Assembly (NCBI GenBank): GCA_964583985.1
Contig: CAZOYD010000078.1
Location: 1-14,708, forward strand
From: an uncultured archaeon
GTDB taxonomy: Archaea > Asgardarchaeota > Lokiarchaeia > Sigyniarchaeales > SOKP01
Direction: 5' to 3'
DNA length: 14,708 bases
Each line of letters begins with the position of its first letter. The first letter of the stretch is position 1. The notes below the pieces were generated by a model. The model searched no databases. It was not told the DNA's origin and worked only from the letters and a program-made list of their open reading frames with translations. A program made the translations under genes and the position numbers. Shown here piece by piece: positions 1 to 6,711 of this stretch.

Positions 1-2720
1 TTAAAGAGATTCCCGCTTCGTTTATACTTCCATTAAAATCAATCCTAAAATAATAACCAGCTTGAAGACAGTTGATTGAGATGAAATTCACATTAAATTG
101 ATAATTACCATCATATACATTGATTGTTTGACTCCCCGCTAAATTAAGATATCCGGTAACATCATTATTATTCGAATCAAATAATAATATTTTAATATTC
201 AAGCCTCTGAGGTTGGTTGTTCCATCTTGAACAGTACCGAATACGCTGAAAGCATCAAAATTCCTCCGAATGTGATTCAAGGTAGAATAAGCTGATATGG
301 TTATTGTCTTATTTATAATTATATACGTTGTATTAAAAGTTGGAAATGTTGACCATTGCACTTCTATCTTGTGTAAACCTGCGTGCCATAAAGATGTATC
401 TATAATGAAATCGTGATATCCATTATCAGCGAGAATATAGTCATGAGATCCTATTTGTGAACCAATAAAGACATCCCTTAGAACAACTGTACCAGAACTT
501 ACTGGAGATCCACTTTGAGTTATGTATACAGAAAAGTTAATAAGATCTCCAGGGAAATATCTTTCAGGAAGATTTAGATCATTATAGAATGATAGAGCTG
601 GGTTTCCATCTACTGAAAATAGAATGCTGACATCATCAGGATCAATAACTTTCAATGGATAATATCCTGTTTTATAATCGGTAAAATTTACAGTGTACAT
701 GTTGAAATTGTGCTCATTATATTGATTGTTTGGGAAGGAATATATAAAAATACCATTGAATGCCAAGCCTAAAGTATAATTTATTGCAGGAGTTCCACTG
801 CTTACAGAAATGGAGAGATCAAATGCACCAGTATCATCTAATTGAAAAACACTAGATGATAGATAATAAGATACATCAGTCATTGTTCCATCAAATAAAA
901 ACACTTGAACCTGTGGAAATTTAATAGGAGATCCATTCGAACCATCAATGATAGAGCCTTGGAGATTGAAATATCGTTGAGTGGAACCACTCCGATATAT
1001 TTCTCGCGGGGTAGGTCCTGATAATAAGGTAATATTTATTTTATCATTAAGAATGAAATATGAGTAATTATAATTTAATCCCCATCTTGCTGAAATCAAG
1101 TGAGGACCGGCAATTGTGGCTATTCCCGTTGAATAAATTAATGAAGCCCTTCCATTGGATGTTAAAGCTGTTCCAATTGATAGATGATCTTGAGTTTCAT
1201 CATAAAATTCGACCGTATTTCCATCTCCGATCGGGCTAGAACCCCATTCGAGATAAGTTGACAAGTTCACTTGACCATTTCTATTAATTATAGGTTGATT
1301 ATAATTATATGAAGTAAACCCATCAATCCAGAAATCAAATTTCAGAGTATCGGGAGCAGAGATCTGTAATTCATAATCCAAAATCGTTGAATTACTTAAA
1401 ATTGGTAAATTAAAGAGGTAAGAATAAGGAAAACTCGTTAAATCTATGGTTCCATTAAAATCCATTCTTAAAGTATAATTGCCTGTTGGAGTATTTGAGG
1501 CAACTTCGAAATTAAGATCAAACATTCCAGAACTCCCTGTTTGGTAAGGATAACTATCAGAAGCATTTAGATATGAAGAATAGTCTGTTCCACCACGTAA
1601 TAATTTTAATGTTATGGTGGAGTATCCCAGGGGTTTCGAATCATCCAATGTATCGGTGATTTGACCAACGATATTAAATGAGGTTTCACCGCCACCTGTA
1701 CGATTAATTTCGCGAGGAGTTGGTCCTGAAAATATGTGAATTGTTGGAGCATCATTAAGAACGTAGTATGAATAATTATAAACATTTCCTAATTTCGCAT
1801 AAAGCAAATTCGGACCAGATAGAGCTTGAGTTCCGACAAAATAATTATACGTCGCATATCCTTGAATATTTGTAGTATTACTATTAATAAAGCTACCAGT
1901 TCTATAATCATAGAATTCTACATTCTGATTAGCGAGGGGACTATTTGTCTCATTTAACACATAAGCCTTGAGGGTAATTGTAGAATACCTGGTTAATATG
2001 GGCGCTGTAGCATTGTTTTTAGGGACATCATCAATATAAAACCATACTTTTTTCATTGGACCTTTTGTAACGCTAAAGTCCATTATATTACTTGAATCGT
2101 TCATAAAACCCATCGCAATAGGATAACCATAAAAACTTCCATTGAAGTCAACCCTTATATCATATTCTCCAACTAATACAGAAGGATCTACATTTAGCAG
2201 CACATCAAATTCCCCATTGCTATCGGTATCTATATAGGTAATATCAAAGGGAGGAGCTCCTACTCTGACATTTGTACCTTTATTAAGCAATAATAATTCA
2301 ACGGTTGCACCAACAATTCTTTGATTGGTGAGAGGATCTATCATATAACCTTGCACGTTTGTTTGAGTGCTTATAGAAGTATTCACTTCTTGTGGATTTA
2401 CATTCATTAAATTTAATTGAACATCTCCATATATAATATAACTGGTGGTACTAATAGCCAGTGCGTTATATATCCCAGTAATTACGTGAATCCCTGCTGT
2501 TTGGGCATTATCTATGGGGATTAAAATTGATGCTTGACCGTTGACATTTGTCACCGCTTGACCAATTACATTTGTTGGATTTCTATAATCTGGATGGTCT
2601 GTAAAAGTTATGGTGCTACCTTGGACAGGATTATTATTCAAAGTTAAAGTGGCAGTGATATTAGCATATTGATTATTTCTGTGCCCGCTTGTGAAATTAG
2701 TACTCATAGTTAAATTATAG
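1..2720 (-). repeat. At least four tandem protein-level repeats of ~230-240 aa, each probably two Ig-like domains
   Basis: A recurring FNG motif (IRVDFNGS, LRMDFNGT, LGLAFNGI, FRIDFNGS) has its Phe codons at 2146, 1459, 760 and 37, giving spacings of 229, 233 and 241 aa. A second motif alternates with it: TAGIHVI / LSGPNLL / IAGPHLI / HAGLHKI. YNYSYYVLND..SGPTPREINR and YNYSYFILND..SGPTPREIYR lie 236 aa apart. The Ig-like fold assignment is inference. Confidence 0.8.
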
Positions 2721-4060
2721 TTATTCTGACTCCAAGGATCACTCCAAGGATTTCCTCCTACACCATAACTATCAAGAAGTACATCCATTTGAACCCATTT
2801 TCCATCCCCAATGATATCGGTGGGAACAAAGATCTCTGCCCAATTGTATATATTTCTATATTTAACAGCAAACGTATTTTGTGAATCTTGATTATCCCAT
2901 GTCTCTTGGACTGCCTGACTATTAAATCCATCTACAAAACGACATGAAACCCCAAAAATTCGGGCAAAGACACAAAACGCAGAAGCAAAATCAGCCCACA
3001 TACCTTCTTGAGTTTCACAAAAATAGTCAACAGTATCTCTTCCAGCAGGAGCTGAAGTATAAGTAGCTGGATCAGAGGGTAATGAAAAATAAAATTGTAA
3101 ATAATTCCTAATTTTATTTGCCACCATAAAGGCATTATCATCAGGTGAAATTGTACTATTTAATGCTAGATAATGAGTATAAACATGAGGGTTGTTGTTT
3201 AAATATACTTGAATCGTTGGAGGTAATCGTAAATATTTATTTTGAATTGGTAAAGGAGTATAACTAGCTTTTAGTGCACTACTGTTGATTTGGTCATTTG
3301 AAGGGAGATTTAATCCAAATAAGTTATAACTCATATTTAAATCAACATCATCATTAAAATAAACATTCAATGTCGATGAATTAAAATCATCTTTATATAG
3401 ATGTGACGAATCAATATTTCCTGGTGGTTTATCCGAAATGCTTCCTTCCATTATGAATGGTGTAGGGAATAATGAGGGGATGACCATCGAATTATTACCA
3501 ATTGAAGGTGATAATGGCATTTTAATTCTTAAAATTTCTTCATCCCAATGATAAGTTGCATGATCAGCATAAGTGTAGAAGTCAAAAATTTGCGTGGCGG
3601 CTGTTGATTGCCATCCATCGCCAGTATATTCATCAAAACATTCATACTTCCATAATTTATTAGACATATTATTAAAATCAGCATAATTAAAAACTCGGAA
3701 TACTTCAATGTCTGAAGCCATTAAAGCTAATTGTGTTTGAGAAAAATTACCGAGATCCAAATCATCAATATCCCCATCAAACATATCAAGCAGACTATCT
3801 AATTGGTCTTGAGTCAAATTCAGACCCTGAAAATCGGACATATTATAAGGAAATGGAGGTAAAACTAATGTAATACCTGTTTCTTCCTCCGCTTGTGAAA
3901 GTTGGTCGCTTGGATAAGGTCTTTGAGTATCAAAGATTAAACTAGATAATATTATTGAGAAAGCAAAAGCAGTAAATAATAGAACTGCAACTACAAGAAT
4001 TTTAATAACTCTCTTTTTGTCTATACTTGTAAAAAGTAAATTTTCACGAAATTCTGACAT
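1..4060 (-). CDS. Large membrane-anchored surface protein with a transglutaminase-like (TgpA-type) domain with degenerate triad plus tandem Ig-like repeats; 3'-partial, >=1353 aa
   Basis: Translated by hand from ATG at 4060: open for 1353 codons to the window edge with no stop, which explains its absence from the ORF track. N-terminus MSEFRENLLFTSIDKKRVIKILVVAVLLFTAFAFSIILSSLIF is a basic patch plus TM helix. TgpA-family motifs: LWKYECFDEYTGDGW, KYLRLP, TVDYFCETQEGMWADFASAFCVFARIFGVSCRFVDGF, NIYNWAEIFVP and GKWVQMD. The remainder is Asn/Thr/Ser/Tyr-rich beta-strand sequence. Confidence 0.9.
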   Translation of the reverse strand, partial: MSEFRENLLFTSIDKKRVIKILVVAVLLFTAFAFSIILSSLIFDTQRPYPSDQLSQAEEETGITLVLPPFPYNMSDFQGLNLTQDQLDSLLDMFDGDIDDLDLGNFSQTQLALMASDIEVFRVFNYADFNNMSNKLWKYECFDEYTGDGWQSTAATQIFDFYTYADHATYHWDEEILRIKMPLSPSIGNNSMVIPSLFPTPFIMEGSISDKPPGNIDSSHLYKDDFNSSTLNVYFNDDVDLNMSYNLFGLNLPSNDQINSSALKASYTPLPIQNKYLRLPPTIQVYLNNNPHVYTHYLALNSTISPDDNAFMVANKIRNYLQFYFSLPSDPATYTSAPAGRDTVDYFCETQEGMWADFASAFCVFARIFGVSCRFVDGFNSQAVQETWDNQDSQNTFAVKYRNIYNWAEIFVPTDIIGDGKWVQMDVLLDSYGVGGNPWSDPWSQNNYNLTMSTNFTSGHRNNQYANITATLTLNNNPVQGSTITFTDHPDYRNPTNVIGQAVTNVNGQASILIPIDNAQTAGIHVITGIYNALAISTTSYIIYGDVQLNLMNVNPQEVNTSISTQTNVQGYMIDPLTNQRIVGATVELLLLNKGTNVRVGAPPFDITYIDTDSNGEFDVLLNVDPSVLVGEYDIRVDFNGSFYGYPIAMGFMNDSSNIMDFSVTKGPMKKVWFYIDDVPKNNATAPILTRYSTITLKAYVLNETNSPLANQNVEFYDYRTGSFINSNTTNIQGYATYNYFVGTQALSGPNLLYAKLGNVYNYSYYVLNDAPTIHIFSGPTPREINRTGGGETSFNIVGQITDTLDDSKPLGYSTITLKLLRGGTDYSSYLNASDSYPYQTGSSGMFDLNFEVASNTPTGNYTLRMDFNGTIDLTSFPYSYLFNLPILSNSTILDYELQISAPDTLKFDFWIDGFTSYNYNQPIINRNGQVNLSTYLEWGSSPIGDGNTVEFYDETQDHLSIGTALTSNGRASLIYSTGIATIAGPHLISARWGLNYNYSYFILNDKINITLLSGPTPREIYRSGSTQRYFNLQGSIIDGSNGSPIKFPQVQVFLFDGTMTDVSYYLSSSVFQLDDTGAFDLSISVSSGTPAINYTLGLAFNGIFIYSFPNNQYNEHNFNMYTVNFTDYKTGYYPLKVIDPDDVSILFSVDGNPALSFYNDLNLPERYFPGDLINFSVYITQSGSPVSSGTVVLRDVFIGSQIGSHDYILADNGYHDFIIDTSLWHAGLHKIEVQWSTFPTFNTTYIIINKTITISAYSTLNHIRRNFDAFSVFGTVQDGTTNLRGLNIKILLFDSNNNDVTGYLNLAGSQTINVYDGNYQFNVNFISINCLQAGYYFRIDFNGSINEAGISL

Positions 4061-4122
4061 TTTTTCTCAATACTTAACTCGACTGATACCTTGATCAATT
4101 TGCAATATTAATTAAAATTATG

Positions 4123-4140
4123 ATATAAATAATTTTCTGT
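4123..4140 (-). promoter_or_regulatory. Putative archaeal BRE+TATA promoter for the large surface-protein gene
   Basis: The minus strand reads ACAGAAAATTATTTATAT, a purine-rich BRE-like run followed by TTTATAT, about 63 nt upstream of the ATG at 4060. The AT-rich background limits certainty. Confidence 0.4.
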
Positions 4141-4248
4141 ACAATTTCAAAATCATATCAATATCTGGAAAATAATGTGATATTTGTAATTCTAAAAATT
4201 TTTTTTTCTTTAAATTACAATTCGAGAGTTAAAAAATAAAGAAATGAT

Positions 4249-4257
4249 AAAAAAAAA
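4249..4257 (-). terminator. Putative archaeal oligo(T) terminator after the 4299..5213 gene
   Basis: T9 tract on the minus strand about 40 nt downstream of the stop codon, followed by further T-rich runs. Confidence 0.4.
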
Positions 4258-4298
4258 GCAATTTTATATCTCTAACGCAGTTAGTATCCCTAAAGTTT

Positions 4299-5213
4299 TT
4301 AAAATTCAAAACCACATTTCGAACAGATTGATTTCTTTGCATATTGAGGTTTAGGAATGTAACTAATGATTCTAGTTTTGTCTTCAACTTCTTTTATTGC
4401 AAAACCACTAGCTCCACAATTTGGACACACTCTTCTTCCAGATCCAAGAGCTATATTAGGTGATGGAGCACTGGTGGGACTAGGCGTGGTTCCTGTTGAT
4501 ACTCCAAAAGAAGGTGTACTTCCGATACTAGATGTTTGAGAAGTAATACCCTGTGCTAAACTAGAGGGCATCACTGCTTTTGGTTCTTTTAATTCCTGGA
4601 TACGTTTATCCTTATATAACAATTCCTCTTGAAGTCTAGTAATTTGTGCTTGAAGGGGTCCGATTTGTTGTTGAAGAGTCATATTTTCTTGTTGCATGTT
4701 TTGTAATTGACCTTGTAACTGAGGAATAGCGGCTTGTAATTGGGCTTTTTCATTTGTTAGTTGTGATATTTGGGATTGATAATTTTCGGCAGATGCTTGG
4801 AGAGACTTCATTTGATTAGATAATCGATTAATGTAATTCTCCTTTTCAAGAAGTTGGGCATTTATATTTGCAATTTGAGTATTTAGATCTTTAATTTGCC
4901 CTTGTAATTGATAAATTGTGTTTTCTTTTTGCTGAACTTGAGACATTGCTGACTCATATTCATATTGCTGCGTAGATTCTTGCTCATAAGTGGGAGCCGT
5001 GGGTTCTGTTTGGTATACTGGGGGAGGAGTTTGTGCATATGGAGCTGGTGTTGGAGTTGATGGTGGTCGAGGCGCCATAGTTGGTGGGGCAATCGAGGGT
5101 GGTGGTATAGAAGGAGGTATCATTGTTGGAGGGGGACTCGATGGAGGTGGCATTGTAGGAGGTTTAGGGGGTCTGTATTCTTCCTCCTCGTCTCGTTCAT
5201 ATTCATCAGACAT
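4299..5213 (-). CDS. Hypothetical protein: acidic N-terminus, Pro-rich region, long coiled coil, Ser/Thr/Pro linker, C-terminal Zn ribbon
   Basis: 304 aa: DEYERDEEEEY at the start; Pro-rich aa 15-74; uninterrupted heptads aa ~93-211 (IYQLQGQ IKDLNTQ IANINAQ LLEKENY INRLSNQ ... ITRLQEE LLYKDKR IQELKEP); CPNC (263-266) and CSKC (297-300). AAGGT lies shortly upstream of the ATG. Confidence 0.85.
   Translation of the reverse strand: MSDEYERDEEEEYRPPKPPTMPPPSSPPPTMIPPSIPPPSIAPPTMAPRPPSTPTPAPYAQTPPPVYQTEPTAPTYEQESTQQYEYESAMSQVQQKENTIYQLQGQIKDLNTQIANINAQLLEKENYINRLSNQMKSLQASAENYQSQISQLTNEKAQLQAAIPQLQGQLQNMQQENMTLQQQIGPLQAQITRLQEELLYKDKRIQELKEPKAVMPSSLAQGITSQTSSIGSTPSFGVSTGTTPSPTSAPSPNIALGSGRRVCPNCGASGFAIKEVEDKTRIISYIPKPQYAKKSICSKCGFEF
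5073..5162 (-). repeat. Six tandem 15-bp / pentapeptide repeats PP[TS][MSI]x
   Basis: aa 18-47 read PPTMP PPSSP PPTMI PPSIP PPSIA PPTMA. Confidence 0.8.
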
Positions 5214-5311
5214 TAATTTTTACCTTGATTTTATTTTATTTTTTTTATTGACTTTATAATCAAATAGTGGACTAAGTTTATAAACTAATGCAAGAAGGAG
5301 ATAGTGGAATC

Positions 5312-6400
5312 TTAAAAACAACTCCAATGATCACTCAGTTTCTTTTTCAACTTTGGGATTAGGTTATTATCAACATAATTCAAGATTTCTTCATTTGAAG
5401 TCCTTGGGTTTTCCTCAATTAGCCCATTATTTTTATCATTTAATATTTGTAAACAATTATATACTGCAATTGCTTGTTTGTCTAGTTCATAACCTCCTTC
5501 TAAAGTAATCAGTATTCTATCTTTTGCCCATTTATTGGCTATTTCTTTAATTTTTTCCAGATATTTTGCTGGTGCTTGATAAGTCCAACCCATATTAGTT
5601 AATCTATCTGTCCAGTGTGTATCAAAACCTGCAGAAATAAGAATAAATTCTGGTTTGAATTCATTTAATAGCGGATTAACTATTTCATCATAATATCTCA
5701 TTATAACATCATCAGCGGAATTGGGAGGCATAGGAAAATTTACTATTTTTCCTAAACCTTTATCCTGACCTATTTCATTGAAAAATCCTGAACCAGGATA
5801 AAAATAGGTCGGATCTTGATGGGAGTTTATCATAACCAAATCTCCATTTTCTGATCCTTCATAGAATATAGCTTGTGTTCCATTACCATGATGGCAATCC
5901 CAATCTATAATTGCTACCCTTTTCATATTTTTTTCTCTAAATAAATATTCTGCAGCAACAGCAATATTATTAAATAAGCAAAACCCAGCACATCTATATT
6001 TGCTTGAATGATGCCCAGGGGGTCGTACCAAGGCAAAACCATTTTTAATATTATTTGATAATATTTCATCTATCCCTTGTAAATTCCCGCCAACTGAATA
6101 TAGTGAAGCTTCATATGATTGAGCAGATACAGCGGTATCGCTATCAAGTTGTTGAATTCTACCTGTTTTTTTACTAAGTTCACAGAGTTCTTTCACTTCA
6201 TTAATTAATCTCTCAGCATGGACATATTTGATCTGATCTATTGTTGCTTTTCTAGGATTGATCATTTTAAAATCGGGATTTTGCAATAAATTTTGCTTTT
6301 TTAGAAAATCCATTATTGTTACCAATCTTAAATGACTTTCAACATGTGCACCGATTCTATGGCTAAGATAAATATCATCATAAATTATTCCCGTGGTCAT
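5312..6400 (-). CDS. Zn-dependent histone deacetylase family protein (HDAC/AcuC/acetylpolyamine amidohydrolase superfamily)
   Basis: All family motifs are intact: HVESHLRL, RPPGHH, GFCLFNN, DWDCHHGNGTQ, FYPGSG, SAGFD and LEGGY. Confidence 0.95.
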   Translation of the reverse strand: MTTGIIYDDIYLSHRIGAHVESHLRLVTIMDFLKKQNLLQNPDFKMINPRKATIDQIKYVHAERLINEVKELCELSKKTGRIQQLDSDTAVSAQSYEASLYSVGGNLQGIDEILSNNIKNGFALVRPPGHHSSKYRCAGFCLFNNIAVAAEYLFREKNMKRVAIIDWDCHHGNGTQAIFYEGSENGDLVMINSHQDPTYFYPGSGFFNEIGQDKGLGKIVNFPMPPNSADDVIMRYYDEIVNPLLNEFKPEFILISAGFDTHWTDRLTNMGWTYQAPAKYLEKIKEIANKWAKDRILITLEGGYELDKQAIAVYNCLQILNDKNNGLIEENPRTSNEEILNYVDNNLIPKLKKKLSDHWSCF

Positions 6401-6711
6401 TTTATTAATTCAAATCCCATTTTTTAGATTTATAAATAATGATTTTTCATTATTCTTTAAATACTTACGTATTTTTTCAGATAATATGACTATTTGAAGA
6501 TCTCATCTTTCCTTAAGGATATTAGATGGATATTCATAACCAATTCAAGGAAATTATTATCAATTCTTCCCTTGTCGTCTCATATGCTGATTTTTTATTC
6601 GATGCGACAATTTAAGGAATATTTAAGATTCGATATTATTAATCTTTTTTTTAACTAATTAATCAATTACTGGATTTAATCGCTAAAACTGGAAAACAAG
6701 TTAAAAGAAAT

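Noticed and set aside
2729-2751. Direct repeat ACTCCAAGGAT x2 (12-bp period) encoding PWSDPWS
   Set aside because: A small in-frame duplication in the linker after the transglutaminase domain; only two copies, so not an array or a target-site duplication.
2932-3141. 69-aa minus-strand ORF from the track
   Set aside because: Out-of-frame shadow inside the transglutaminase-like domain of the 1..4060 gene.
4883-5259. ORFs 4883..5092 (-) and Gly-rich 4990..5259 (+)
   Set aside because: Alternative-frame and antisense shadows of the Pro-rich region; CCN codons read as GGN on the opposite strand.
5275-5286. Perfect palindrome AGTTTATAAACT upstream of the Pro-rich gene
   Set aside because: Could be a TATA box or operator, but AT-rich palindromes of this size are expected by chance here and I found no second copy.
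6526-6615. 29-codon plus-strand ORF MDIHNQFKEIIINSSLVVSYADFLFDATI
   Set aside because: Too short and has no recognisable motif; cannot be supported without homologs or expression data.
6560-6625. Possible SECIS element downstream of the ADH
   Set aside because: No AUGA/GA core with proper helix spacing, and no gene in the window needs an in-frame TGA.
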